64,000 nt of DNA from the human T2T-CHM13v2.0 reference genome, Homo sapiens (GCF_009914755.1 NC_060938.1); one strand, 5' to 3'. Counted from the stretch's first letter, positions 38,985 through 54,705 are shown. Numbers and translations: made by a program. Notes: a model not told the origin generated them from the sequence alone.

Positions 38985-41900
38985 TGAAGCTCTCTGCTGA
39001 GAACCAGACTAAACTGAAATCTCATTCCTGCATGGGACCCTCCCATCCACTGCCCCTGCTCCCAAAGGAGCAGAGCAGGCCTGGCTTCAACCACCAACAC
39101 CCTGCCTTTGCCTCCACAGCACCATGCCCATGGCAGGGGCCACCTTTAAGACATGGGACGAACTCCCCCACCCCAAATTTGGCCCAAATGTTGAGGCTTC
39201 TGACACCACACACACCCCATGGGGGAGTGAAGGGCTTGTCACTCATATGGTGGGGCTTTCTGGGGACAGCAAGGCAGCTCCCAAGGTCTGGAAATAGCTT
39301 GGGAGAGCAAGAGGGCCCTGGCTTTGGGGTTTATGTGGCCGAGTGGGGAGTGGGGCCAGGTGGGGGGGTCCCCAGGCTGGCCCAAGCTGGGGCATTTGGA
39401 GTTTTCCAGGGTGCCAAGGAAGGAGCCCCCAGGACATAAAACGTGAGCCCAACTTTATGGCCTGTGGCCTTCCAGCCTGGCTGAGCACCTGCCTGGCCTC
39501 AAGGGTGCTTCTGCCAACCCTGTGTGCGATGCCCAGCAGGCGGGGCTGCGATCTCCTTGGCCCTTGCCATGGGCAGCCCTGGCCCATCTTCTGGGACTCA
39601 GAATTTCCCACTGGGCCCTCTATCTGCCTCCAGGGCCAGTCCCAGCCTGGCTGCCACAGGCCAGGAGGCCCTGCCCCATGCAAGGAACTCACCAAGGACA
39701 CTGCCCTTCCGTCTGTGGCACTGCTGCTTTTGCCTGCCGGAGGGCGGGTGGGGAGTGGCTGTCCGTGCCTCCTCTCCAGGAAGACAGGCACTGCAGCCCG
39801 TCACAGGTGCTTCCAGGTTGGCGGAGGGGCAGGGCTTGGGCTGCAGGGCCACTGCAGGTGAGACCTGACAGGTGCAGGCGGGCGCCGTGAGGGAAGCGTG
39901 TGCAGGGGCCCAGCCTGGGCGCCTCCCCTCCAGGGACACCCATTTCCACCCTTCCTTTGGAGGCTTCCTCTTGGCTGGAAATTCAGAGTTCACTCCCACA
40001 GGCAAAGGTTGAATCGCTGATGCTGCGCCAGGCGAACGCCATGCACCGCGGCCCCGTCAGGGACACATTTTAATTAAGTGAGGACAAGAGAGGTGCCCTG
40101 CCGTTCCTGGGGGGACCCTGGACTGCCACCAGCATCTCATGACACACCTGTCAAATCATCACGGTCCTGGCAAGAAGTTCGGGAGGGCTGGGGGCAGGGG
40201 GCTGGGAGAAGAAGGGTTGCCCCTGGAGTCAGCCCGGCCTTTCCTCAGCTTCCAGAAGGAGGTGTGTCTTGGGAGGATGTGGGCAGAGCAGAGGCAGGGA
40301 GGCCCGGGTGCAGGCAGATGGTGAATGGCCCTTGGGGCAGCCATGAGATGTGTGGGGCTTCAGGACCCCAAAGGCCTATCTGCTCTGCATCTTTGAGGAC
40401 ACCCACCCTCAGTCAGCCTGCAGCCTCTCCATGAGGACTTGCCCTGCTTCCCTCCCGCCATCCTGCAGCTGGGGCCCCTGCCCTGCAGCCCCCACCCCAG
40501 AGAGTGCCCCACACATAGGCCACAGAGCTTCAGCCCCCGGCTAGCCGGGGAAGCTCAGCCTCTGGGTAACAGTCTTGTGTGCCTGCATCCTGGAGCCAGG
40601 GATGGCCTTTTGGGACCCAGCCTATTTATGCCAGGGTTACTCCAGGAAACTCAAGCCTTGTCCTCTTCTGAGCCTCTCGGACTAGGGGCTCATGGAGCTG
40701 TTGCTCAGTGAGGGCATTTGGGGCTTTCCCCTGCAGCATGGACAGGCCTGGTTTTGACGGACAGGAGCATCTCCAGGTTCCCCCGAGCCACACACTGCTA
40801 GGGAGCACCCTCTGCTGCATGGGATTGACTTCTGGGGCTTGGCCGGAGGAGCTGTGTATCCTTGGCACGCGCCTGTTCGTGAGGAGGCAGCGTTTTCTTC
40901 CTGTGAGTTCTGCTCCCTGGGAAGACAGCGGTTCATGGCAGGCAGGCTGGGTGGACTGCAGCCGTTGCTCTGGCCTACTGTGGACCCGACAGGTACTAAC
41001 GCGCTCCGTGCACGCTCTGCTTCACCCGAAAATGGGGTTGTGGGCAGGGGCAGAGTGACGTGAGTGGACGTGTGTGTGTCTGTGCCCAGCACGACGCCAG
41101 CGTGTGCTCTGGAGATGAATGCTAACAGGCACAAAACAATTGATAAGGTAAAATCAGTTTCTTAATAAACACTGCCTTGTCCAAGGTATGGACACTAACG
41201 TGAGAGGTGAAGGCTGAACTGCAGGGATTTCAGGGGTTTGCACATGAATCCCTGTTTTTCAGGCTCCCCAAGACATTGAGCATATGGGGAGCCCTTTGCA
41301 GAGCACCTGAGTGAAGTGAGTCCCCTGACTTTACTGGGGAGTCACAGCTGTCACCCATCATGGCTCAGCCTTCGGTCTCCTCCACGGCACACCTGTGAGC
41401 AGCCGGGCCCAGCCCTCCTTGTCCTGAGTGGCCTGGCCCGAGCTGTGGCCAGTGCTGCTGGGGCAGCCCCACTAGACCTGGGGACAGAAGAGGACTGGGA
41501 AGGGCCCGTGTGCAGCTGCCTACATTGGGGGCTCGAGGAACACCCCCCATCCCAGGCCTCCTCCTCACTGGGGTCCTTACTTGGCACTTGGCACCCTCTT
41601 GGGCATTTGGGGTGGGAGTTCCAGGTTCCTGGCCTCTCTCATGCCCAGACCTGGAAGTTACGGAACCAAGGGAGTATCGGCGAGCGGGTTTCCACGCTGC
41701 AGCCCACCCCGGCGGCCGCCCATCTGTCCCTCTGCACCCTGACTTCATTTTCCTGCCGCAAGGAGAAGCCTGGTGCCTCCTCTGCGGTATGTGACTGGCT
41801 GGAGAGTGAAGAGGCTGGAGAGATTATAAACAGACCATGGGTCCACCAGAGTGGCCCGAGAGCTTGCCCAGAACCGGCCCCACATCATCTCTGTTTCCGC

Positions 41901-43940
41901 CCAGGCCTGCCCACACCCAGCCTCAGCTGGGGTGATGAGCTTCCTCCCGTCTCGAGGGGCCTCTGCCCGCCCCTTGGAGGACGTGCCCCAGCTGCGGCGG
42001 CACATGCGTGGGCTTCTGTGTGAGAGGCATCCCTGTTAAGTCGGAGGGGTGGAGAAACTGAGGCCCAGGGAGGCCCGGGGCAGAGGAGCTGGGCTGCGGC
42101 CCCTGCCCCCTCTCCTGCCCCTCCTCTCGGCCCTGTCCAAGACTGCGCTTCTTCATCTTCAAATAAACCCATGAGCCTCCCTGTGCAGGGACCCGTCACC
42201 CAGGCCGGCCTCAGGGCGCCTCCCCACTGTCCCTCCTGGCCTCCTGGCCCCTGTGGCCACCAGCATGGGCACGACCCCTCACCCCACCAGCACACGGGGC
42301 TCCAAGCTCGCCCGTCCTGGCCCTGCTGGCTCTGGCTGCTGTGAGTTCTCCTTGGCCAAAGGAACGTCCTAGGCCCTGGGCTGTGCCAGCGCCAAGAGTG
42401 GGGCTGACACCAAGCCAGCTCCCCACTAGCAGCTCCAGGGAAGTCAAGAGATGGAGGATCAGAAAGCCAGCCAGCGCCTTCCTCCCCCAGAGCCCTCTGC
42501 TGCCCCGTGGGGCCTCTCCCGGTACCATGGGAGCTGAGGCCCTTTCCCTCCCCATGGTGACAGGAGGGCCACAGGCTGCTGGGGCTGTGGTGGCCACCTG
42601 GAGAGGGCTTTTGCTCCTGGGGCTCCCTCCGTCTGTGTCCCAGGCTGGCCATTAGGAGGGTCTGGTCATCTGTGGCACATGCCAGCCAGCAAAGGGCACT
42701 GGGGCAATAGTGCCCCCCTGGTGTGGGCACAGAACTGGGCACCCACTGTGGTCTCAGCCAGGGCAGGAAGGGGACTGGAGTCACAGGGTGGGGAGAGGGT
42801 AACAGGCCTGACTCTAACAGAGCCTCCTCCCTCGTTCCTCCTCCCTCCTCCCTCCCGCGCCGTCTTTCCCTCCCCAGTGTCTCTGGCCTCGTCTCTAAGG
42901 AGCGGGCTGCACTGAGATGGGCCCCGTTCTGTGTGTTCTGTGGGCAGAAGAGCCGGTGTGCCTGAGGGTGCGGGCCTCCTTGGTGCCCCAGCCTGTACAT
43001 GGGAGCCACCCGCATGGTCCCTGTAGCGTCCTTTGGTGACAGGCAGGCCAAGTCAAGAGGTCCCAGGGTGTATTCCTGGGGCTGAAAGGGAACAGGGGCG
43101 AGGGACTCCTTGCCCCCAGCCTCCGGCTCTGCCTCTGGCTTCTGTGGGGAGCTCAGGGTGCACAGTTGGCTCCCAGCAGCCCTAGCAGTCTCGATGCCTC
43201 TTGATAAGACTTCTATCCATGCGGGCCGCAGGGCGGAGTGTGGGAGCCTGCAGAACCCAGGCTGGCCTGGGAAGCCCTGAGCCTGGTGTGAAGCCCTGGA
43301 GAACCTGGCTTTCCCACTGCTCTCCTGTGGAATCTGCCAGGCACCATTTATTCCCCGTGCTCAGGGGCAGCTCTGTCCACACCTGCCGGCCACGCTTCTG
43401 CAGATTCTCCCAGCAGCCCCTGCGTGTGTCCGGGATGCACCAGCCCCTCGGCCTGGCCTGAGCAGTGTGGAGAGGCTCCTCCTGGCCCAGCCCCCTAGGG
43501 TGAGGGCAGCCTCAGCCCCTTCCCCAGGCAGCCCAGGAGGACAGAAACCTGAAGGTGAAGGATCTCTGCAGAGTGGGGCCTGGGCATCAGGGGCGAAGAG
43601 AAAGTAGCTTAGGGACCTGGAAGAGAGACCCTGATCCCCAGACACACACCCTCCACCCCTCCCCCTCGCTCCCCCACAAGACAGACTCTGGGGGTCTTTA
43701 GAATTCATCAGGTCCCCACATGTTGAAGTGAAGGATGGAAGAATGGGTTTTAAATTAGTGAAACCTTTTTACAGGGGATGGCTGTCAAGGATAATTTTTA
43801 ATTGCAAATAAAAAACTATAAGAAAAAAAGTCTGTCAGAAGGAGGCCAGCCCTGGAAAGGGCATTCTGACGGCACCTGCTCCAGCAGAAGAAGGGCAAAG
43901 TCACCCAGGCCTGAGCACCAGCGCCTTCTCTGCACCCACC

Positions 43941-44095
43941 CACCCACAGCCCCTTCCCCTCATCACCACCCACGGCCCCTTCCCCTCATCACCACCCACG
44001 GCCCCTTCCCCTCATCACCACCCACGGCCCCTTCCCCTCATCACCACCCACGGCCCCTTCCCCTCATCACCACCCACAGCCCGTTTCCCTCATTG
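43941..44095. repeat. 26-bp minisatellite, ~6 copies (cacccacggccccttcccctcatcac)
   Basis: Units at 43941, 43967, 43993, 44019, 44045, 44071. Confidence 0.95.
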
Positions 44096-44494
44096 ATGGC
44101 CCCATCCCCTCACCCACACTGCCCTCCTCCGGGCTGGCCGAGTCTGGCCTCAGGCCCCCAAGGGTACCTGGAGCTGGCCCTGTCACGCCCAGGGCTGCGT
44201 CCTAAGGAGCAGAGTGCCCAGAACATGGGAGTTTCGGTCTTATTGGCCCGAGAGCTGCTGTGGCCGGGGAGCCGCCCACACCCAGCTGGAGAGGAGGAGA
44301 GGAGTCCCAACGGCGGGACTCTCGGCAGAGGCTGGGGAAGGGGGTGCCTCCAGAACTGGCCTGGGCTCCGCCAGGGAGGTGGCCTTATTTTCCTCGCCCG
44401 TCTGAGCAGGGTCAGGAGGGTCTCGGGGCAGGCCCGGGGGGTGGTGAACAGGAACACCCTCCAGTGCCGGGGGTTTCTGGTCCCCGGGCTCAGT

Positions 44495-44712
44495 GCGCCG
44501 GGGGGCGGGTTATGGCTCAGGGAGTATTTTTTTTCAGAGCCTGCCACAGAGACAATAACACCTCTTAAGACATGGTAATTAAAATCCTCTCTGCACACAG
44601 CAATAAATCCATGCAGCACAACTTTCTTGTAAAAATGACCTTGCGAGATGATGTTTTCCAGCCGCATGTTTTATCAATATCACACTTCCCACAGCCTGAC
44701 AGCGCACGGGGT
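44495..44712. promoter_or_regulatory. Candidate enhancer island
   Basis: GTAATTAAAA, CAATAAA, TTTTATCAAT, TGACAG 44697-44702, GC-box-like flank. Confidence 0.35.
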
Positions 44713-45598
44713 GCCCCCCCCCATCTTCCTGCCGGGCTGCCCGGCCCAGATGCTCACTCCTTCCTCCAGTCCCCCTGCGCCTCTCCATGGCCCCTGGACG
44801 CTTGGACACCGCCCGTGCTGGACGCTGCCCACCTTTCCTGCCCCCTCCTGAGTCTGGGTATGGGGCTCCAGTCCCCACCCCACCACTGACCTGCACCGGA
44901 ACTTTCCTGGCTGTCTGCAGGGCCAGAAGGCTCCCCAGAAGGAGTCTGGGGGTCCCCACCGCTGGTCTTATCCCATCTTGGGGGACAGTTAGGAAGCAAA
45001 GGTGTGCGCTCATCTCCGCCATCATCATGACGTAACAGCCACCATCTAATGTTCCATGAAAGGGCAGGAGTGTGCTGTTGGTTTTGACCAATGCCATGGT
45101 GACGGTGGCGCCTCTCCTGTGGGCAGGCTCTGCGCTAGCTCCTAGATCCTAACAGCCTGCTTGGCAAGACCACGAGTATCCCCATTTCACAGATGGGGAA
45201 ACCGAGGCTTGGGGTCCAAGTCGGATGTGAGCCGGGCCCAGAGATCAGGGCTGGGGCCCACCAGGCACGAGCTGTCTGGGAGGGCGAGTGGCCTCGGGGA
45301 TGGAACACGTTGCACAGCACTGGGGGCGGGGGCGGCTGGAGGCATCCAGCATGAGGAAGGAAAGGTGGGACCCCTTCCTGCAGGATGGCATGGGCGTCCC
45401 TGTGCCCAGAGCCCTAGGCCTGTGCTCCTGCCTGTCTCTGCTCCTGACTTCTGGTAGGGACCCAGGAAGGATCTGAGGAGGGTGGAGAAGGGGCTGAGAA
45501 GAAGCCCCGTGAGCATCCAGGCATGGCCGCCCCTCCTGCACTGCCAAAGCCTGTCCCCCCATCTCTTCCTCCAGTCTTATAATAAAATGCAGCTTATT

Positions 45599-46430
<832 letters not shown>

Positions 46431-47574
46431 TCCAGCCTTTGTCAGCTCCCCTCATGCAGAGCTCTCCCTTCTGGGCTCATCCATGCCGGCGGTGCCTAGA
46501 GCTTCGAGGCTGGCCCCTTTGGCACAGCAGAGCCTTTTGTGAAGTCTCTGAAGCAGACTCTGAAAGCCTCCGACGCCCTTGCTGGTGGCTCAGCGGCTGA
46601 AGGGCTGTCTGAGAGCGACGTGTTCATGCAGCATCACCTCCCCCATGTTCCCTTAGCGTGCTCTTCCTTGAGAACATGCGCAGGGCCTTTTAAGTGGTTT
46701 AGGAAAGCACGGTGGTTTAATGTATTACAGGAATATAATTGTATTTTTATTGCTCATTACATTCTGAGTTAATTACATAGCAACCAGGTTTGTACTTTGT
46801 AATATCCAACGAAATAAGCGTATGCACTCTTGATTCAGAGTAGGCGTCTTCTAGCCCACACACCTTGGGGTTAGTCGGCTATGGCTCAGTTTGTCCCACA
46901 AACAGTATCAGAACTATCATTGGTTACTGGGGCACCCAAGAAGGTGCACCGTCCTGGGGCCCAGCCTTTGCTTTAGGGTCCACCTTCCACATCATTCCAG
47001 AAGGTTCCACCTCTTTGGGGTCAGGTGCTGCCTCACCCCTCCTGCCCATGGGCCGGCCCTCACCTTGGCTCAGACTCCGCCCTCTGAGACGTGCCGTGGG
47101 GTCTTTCCAGGATGAGGACCGCTAGTGCTGACATCTCAGTGGAGACATGCCTGCTGAGAAATAGACTCGATCTGGCCTCACGTTGGGGAGGCAGATGGAG
47201 AGTCGGTTGGGGCGGGGAGGACAGATTCAGGCTGAGGGATGGGATCCCCCCAGCCCTGAAGCACTGAATGCCAGAGGCCCTGACAGTGGCCCCTGCGTGG
47301 GCAAGGTTCCATTTAGTTCTGGGGACTCCTGGAGATGAAGGTGCTGCAGCCGCTGACAGACAGCTACCTGCTCCTGGGTCCAGAGAGCATCCCTGAGGCT
47401 TGTGTGCCTTCTGTGGTGCAGGGCTGCCTTCCGGAAGCCTCTTCTTCTGAGAGATGGGATGACAGAGAACACACCAGTAATTTATCCTAAGGCAATCATT
47501 GGAAAAATACACAAAAATATATTTCCGAGGCTGTTGCTTCTCTTGCTTATTCGATGTGAATAGTCACTACTGGG

Positions 47575-49100
47575 ATGAGTGTCAATATGCATTAGTGGGA
47601 GTGTGGATACGCATGAATGTGTTTGAACATGCATGAGTGGGAGTGAATATGCATTACAGTGAGTGTGAATGTGAACATGCATGAGGGTGAGTGTGAATAT
47701 GTGCGACTGTGTGAGAGTGAATATGCATGACTGTGGGCATGAGTGTGCATGTGCATTACTGTGAGTTTGTGATTATGCCTGAGTGTGAGTGTGGATATGC
47801 AGGATTGTGAGCGTGGATATGCAGGAGTGTGAGTGTGGATATGCAGGAGTGTGTGATTATGCATGAGTGTGTGATTATGCATGAATGTGAGTGTTGATAT
47901 GCAGGAGTGTGAGTGTGGATATACAGGTGTGTATATCCACAGTGTAGTTATGCACAAGTGTGAGTGTGGATAGGCATGAGTGTGAGTGTGGATGGGATGA
48001 GTGTGTGATTATGCAGGAGTGTGAGTGTGGATATGCATGAGCATGAGTGTGATTATGCATGAGCATGAGCATGGATATGGAGGAGTGTGGGTGTGATTAT
48101 GCATGAGTGTGAGTGTGGATAGGCAGGAGTGTGAGTGTGGATGGCATGAGTGTGAGTGTGGATATGCAAGTGTGAGTGTGGATATGCATGAGTGGGAGTG
48201 TGGATAGGCATGAGTGTGAGTGTGGATAGGCATGAGTGTGAGTGTGGATCTGCATGAGTGTGAGTGTGGATAGGCATGAGTGTGAGTGTGGATATGCAGG
48301 AGTGTGAGTGTGGATAGGCATGAGTGTGAGTGTGATTCTGCATGAGTGTGTGTGGATATGCATGAGTGTGAGTGTGGATAGGCATGAGTGTGAGTGTGGA
48401 TATGCAGGAGTGTGAGTGTGGATAGGCAGGAGCATGAATGTGGATAGGCATGAGTGTGTGGATATGCATGAGTGTGAGTGTGGATAGGCATGAGTGTGAG
48501 TGTGGATATGCAGGAGTGTGAGTGTGGATAGGCATGAGTGTGAGTGTGATTCTGCATGAGTGTGTGTGGATATGCATGAGTGTGAGTGTGGATAGGCATG
48601 AGTGTGAGTGTGGATATGCAGGAGTGTGAGTGTGGATAGGCAGCAGCATGAATGTGGATAGGCATGAGTGTGTGTGTGGATATGCATGAGTGTGAGTGTG
48701 GATAGGCATGAGTGTGAGTGTGATTCTGCATGAGTGTGAGTGTGGATTTGCAGGAGTGTGAGTGTGGATAGGCAGGAGCATGAATGTGGATAGGCATGAG
48801 TGTGAGTGTGATTCTGCATGAGTGTGAGTGTGGATAGGCATGAGTGTGAGTGTCATTCTGCATGAGTGTGAGTGTGGATAGGCATGAGCGTGAGTGTGAT
48901 TATGCGTGCGTATGAGTGTGATTATGCATGGGTGAGTGTAAATATGCAGGTTTCAGTGCAAATACACATTGTCAGTGTGAGTGTGATTATTCATGAGTGT
49001 GTGACTATGCCTGCGTATGAGTGAATGCATGTGTCAGTGTGAATATGCATTACGGTTAGTGTGAGTGTGATTATTCATGGGTGTGAGTGTGTGCATGCAC
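47575..49100. repeat. ~1.5-kb GT/GA-rich minisatellite, ~22-bp unit (gagtgtgagtgtggataggcat variants)
   Basis: Homogeneous core ~48100-48900 with degenerate edges. Confidence 0.95.
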
Positions 49101-50033
49101 ACCCCCAAAGGAACATGCATGGAGGGGAACACCAAATGTTCCACTGGGGCCTGGTGTGTATGGAGGAATCTCAAGGGTCCTTCCTGGAATCTTTGTCGTT
49201 CCTGGGCCTCCGAGTTGCTCTAGGTAGAGACGTGTTTTTCAGTGACCCAACACAGCCTCCAGCGCCCTGCTCCTCTGGAAGAGGAAGGCGTCCACACCCG
49301 GGCAGCCTCTCCAGCCTGGCCTCACCCAATATGTACCTGGGCTGCTTTGAACCCTCAGAATTTCTTCAAGGGGTTCTCCCATTGGCACCTGCTTGTCCAT
49401 CCTTTTTTGTGGGTGGAGCTTCAGGAACAAGCTTTGCTCTGTTTCCCTGGGGTCCCTCTGGGGTCCAGGTCTCAGTGGCCCAGTGAGTCTCCACCACCCC
49501 TGCTGACACCAGGGAGCCCCTGGCCTGTACTGGCTCCCTGCCCCCTGCCCTGCCTTCTGGAACGTGTTGCCTCACTCAGCACCTGTGTCCTGTCTCACAA
49601 CAGATTTTTTAAAATTGTGTTTTCTAAATGTTTTAATAGGGAGCTTTAAAAAAGACACAGAAGCAATGTAATGAGAGAGTGTGGTATCTGGATGCTCACA
49701 TGCCCATCCCCCAGCTTCAATAATGAGCACCACCAGGCCCCCACTGGGTTATTTTAAAGCAAATTATTCCATATTTAAACTTTGGTCTTGGGACCCAGAA
49801 GAGTTCCTGCATAGATGTGGCCGATTCATGGCGCCTGTCTTCTTATGGCTCTGAGTGGCTCCAAACCTCTTTGCTGGTCTGGCTATGTATGTGTTGAAGA
49901 AATCAGTGTCTTTGCCTGTGGAACTTCCTGCCCTCTGCACGGTCGTTTGCGTCCATGCGGAGAGCCTCATGGTGCCCTTCACCCTGCACTTCTGCCCAGC
50001 AGTGCCACGAATCTGTGCTTAGCCCTGAGGCTG

Positions 50034-50268
50034 GGCTAAGCAGCCGCACACACCTGCTGTGTCACTGCACACACCCTTGGGATGGGGCTGCCGGCTGGGG
50101 CCACTAGCCTGGCTAAGCAGCCACACACACCTGCTGTGTCACTGCACACGCCACTGGGATGGGGCTGCCAGCTGGGGCCACTAGCCTGGCTAAGCAGCCA
50201 CACACACCTGCTGTGTCACTGCACACGCCACTGGGATGGGGCTGCCGGCTGGGGCCACTAGCCTGGCT
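50034..50268. repeat. 77-bp tandem repeat, 3 copies
   Basis: Units start at 50034, 50111, 50188 with few mismatches. Confidence 0.97.
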
Positions 50269-50607
50269 CCACCTTTATAAGGTTTCTCATGGGCTTCTCA
50301 CCGTGGTGTGAGCAGCCACCAGGGGTGACGCTAGTCACCATTCTAACCCGCTGCAGCTACCTCCTGGCCTTCTTCCATTAGGGACATTTTCCTTGCCAAT
50401 GATTTGATGACTTTGACAGACAGTTCACACAGAAAAGGCAGCCAACACCTGATCCTCACCCATGTAGCTCTGTCCACAGGGATGAGATGGTGCCGTGGTC
50501 CTTCCAAAGGGGCCGTGAGTTTTTTCTTCAGTGTTTTGTCCTTATGGTATCATTTAATTTGGTTTCAGTTCATTGCAGTCATACATGAGATGTATAAAGG
50601 TATAAAT

Positions 50608-51004
50608 TGTATTCATTTCCTGGGGCTGTGTAACAAAGTGCCACAGACCAAATGACAGCTGTGTCTTGTCCCACAGCTCTGGAGGCTGGAAGCCCGAGGT
50701 CCAGGTGTCGGCAGGGCTGGCTCCTTCGTAGGCTGCGGGGGAGGCTCTGCTGTGGCCTGGCTCTGCGGCTTGCGATGGTCCTTCCTCACCATGTCTCTGC
50801 TCACAGTTATCCCCCTGTGCGTAGTTGGGCCGCAATCACTTCCTAAGAGGACATCAGTCAGATGGGATTAGGGCCCACCCTGAAGATTTCATTTTAACTT
50901 TATTGTGTCTTTAAAAATTTTCTCCAAACTATGGTCACATTCTGAGGTACTGGGGATGAGGACTTCAACATATGACTCTGGGAGACACAGTTTGGCCCCT
51001 AACG
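50608..51004 (-). mobile_element. MLT1B-like MaLR solo LTR
   Basis: ctggaggctggaag...aggtgtcggcagggctgg...ggattagggcccaccct...gtcacattctgaggtactgggg. Confidence 0.88.
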
Positions 51005-51532
51005 TAGACGTGGACTTTTGCAATGTGAATATCGTGCCATCCTCCTCTGGAGGGAGGCATCCTGGTTGCCTCCAGACTCTCTCGCTCAACCTGGTCATCC
51101 TGAGGGCTGTTTATTTTCCTGTATGACAAGATGTTCGAGATTCATCTTGCACATTTCCTGCTCCAGGTCTCACAGTGGCCATTTCTCTAGGCAGCCCTGT
51201 TTCCTTTAGTGGAAAATGGCATTTCATGGTCACAGTCGGGAGCTAAGGGGATTGCGGCTGCTAGGCAAGTCATTCCTTCTAAACCTTTCCTGTGGCCAAA
51301 GCTGAGAAATGCATTTATTTTTTGGGTTTTTTTGGCAAGAGAAAAATACATCATGAATTCATACTAATATTTCCCATTTAAATGTAAGATTACAGTGTTT
51401 GTGCAGCTTCTTTGATTTTTTAATTTCTATCTCTCTCCTCTTATGCTGAAAATCTTGGTTCCTAATGACATCTGCGTGATGACTTACCTGCTTTCTCTCA
51501 CTGCACATGATCTGTGTGACTGTATTGGAACG

Positions 51533-51975
51533 TGGGGGAGCCAATTTGGCCATGAGATTTTTGCTCTGTCCCTGTCAAGAGGGAGAGTCTGTTTTCCCAT
51601 GTTGTGCATCCGGACTGATCTTATTTGCTTTGTTCTGGAAGGTGCAGCAGACATGATGTGGTGTGACCTTGAAGGCAAGCCCTCAAGAGATCTTACAGTT
51701 CCTGTTTTCCACTCTCCAGGATCCTGAGACCGCCAGGCTATGAAGAAGGCTGTGATGAAAAGCTCTTTTATCCAGAGTGGGCCCAGCTTTTCCAGCTGCT
51801 CCAGCTGGGCCTGGTGCCTGGGCCTTCACCTGGCTGCAGGCAGGTGGGAAGCCCCTACGAGGACAGCAAGGGAGCCGGTGTCGACCCCCATCATTGTGAG
51901 ACGTATAAAGCATTGTTACTTGATGCCACCATGTTTCAGCATGTCTGTGGTGTAGCAAATAGAAAAGTGATTCAG
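51533..51975 (+). mobile_element. MLT1G/H-like 5' LTR
   Basis: gccctcaagaga...cattgtgaga...gcaaatagaaaagtgattca terminus directly followed by internal sequence. Confidence 0.65.
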
Positions 51976-53364
<1,389 letters not shown>

Positions 53365-53366
53365 TA

Positions 53367-54528
53367 CAGGCACCTGTCAGAGATAGTGTGAATCTGGTTC
53401 CAGATCATCTCAGTAAAGCAAATAGCTAAAAAAGAGTCACACAATTTTTTTTATTTTTGCATTTAAAAGTTATGTTTATACTATACTGCAGTCTGTTAAG
53501 TGTGCAACAGCATTATGTCTACAAAGCAGTGTAGATACCTTAATTAAGAATTTTTTTAATTGCTAAAAATGCTAACAATTTTCCGAGCCTTCAGTGAATT
53601 ATAATCTTTTTGCTGATGGAGGGTCTTGCCTCAATGTTGGCGGTTGCTGTCTGATCAGGGTGTTGGTTGCTGAAGTCTGGAGCGGCTGTGGCAATTTCTT
53701 AAAATAAGACAATAAAGTTTGCCACATTGATCGTTTGACTCTTTTCATGAAAGATTTCTCTGTAGCATGTGATGCCGTTTGATAGCATCTTACCCACAGT
53801 AGAACTTTCAAAATTGGAATCCATCTTCTCAAACCCTGTCACTGTTTCGTCGACTAAGTTTCTGATCCTATTTGAAATCCTCTGCTGTCATTTCAACAAT
53901 GTTCACAGCATCCTCACCAGGAATAGATTCCATCTCAAGAAATCACTTTCTTTATTCATCTATAAAAAGCAACTCCTCATCCCTTCAAGTTTTCTCATGA
54001 GATTGCAGCAATTCAGTCACATCCTCAGGCTTCACTTCTAATTATAGTTCTCTTTCTATTTCTACCACATCTTCATTTCCTTCCTCCGCTGAAGCCCTGA
54101 ACCCCTCAAAGTCATCCATGATGGTTGGAGCCAACTTCTTCTAAGCTCCTGTCAATGTTGATATATCTTCAATCACAAATGTTCTTCATGGCATCTAGAA
54201 GGATTAATCTTCTCCAGAAGATTTTACTTTTCCCAGATCCATTTGAAGAATCACTATCTATGGCAGCTACAGTCTTACAAAATGTATTTCTTAAATAATG
54301 AGACTTGAAAGTTGAAATGCCTCCTGATGCATGGGCTACCGAGAGGATGTTGTATTACCAGGCATGAGAACAATGTTCATCTCTTTGTACATCTCCATCA
54401 GAGCTCTTGGGTACACAGTCAATGAGCAGTCATATTTTGAAAAGAATCTTTTATTTCTGAGCAGTAGTTCTCAATAGTGGGCTTAAAATATTCAATAAAC
54501 TATGCTATAAACAGATATGTTGTTATCC
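53367..54528 (-). mobile_element. Tigger1 DNA transposon, 3' half with dead transposase
   Basis: TA followed by cagg... TIR remnant; aaaagttatgtttatactatactg, tttttgctgatggagggtcttgcctc, acttgaaagttgaaat. Confidence 0.92.
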
Positions 54529-54529
54529 T

Positions 54530-54705
54530 GAATGTGTTGTTAAACTTTGGGATTTTTGACAGTGGGGTAGGTGGCACATGGAACCTTGGTGTGGTTTTAA
54601 TTTGCATTTCTCTTATTATGGGGGAAGATGAGCTTCTTTTTACATCTTCTAGGGCCATTTGCATTTCTGTTTCTGTGAACTGTGTGTTCCTATCTCCAGC
54701 ACAGC
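54530..54705 (-). mobile_element. Old L1 ORF2 C-terminal fragment
   Basis: Translation IIREMQIKTT matches an L1 ORF2 motif. Confidence 0.8.

Larger units (their letters stand above)
49600..51530 (-). mobile_element. Fragmented L1MC4/5-like 3' region
   Basis: acaagatgttcgagattcatcttgcacatttcctgctccag...ccatttctct...tttagtggaaaatggcattt at 51120-51300; degenerate 3' terminus near 49620. Confidence 0.55.

Noticed and set aside
41885-43051. 388-aa ORF (likewise 28979..29932, 58045..58857, 43802..44578, 24991..25758)
   Set aside because: Pro/Gly/Ala/Arg/Trp-rich composition typical of random GC-rich DNA; no recognisable domain; many overlapping ORFs on both strands
48009-48863. 240-284-aa His-rich ORFs
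   Set aside because: Translation of the 22-bp minisatellite
50034-50264. tRNA-sized 77-bp units as a tRNA cluster
   Set aside because: No A/B boxes, TTC loop or cloverleaf stems
53599-53832. Domesticated Tigger transposase
   Set aside because: Short fragment of a truncated, frameshifted Tigger1
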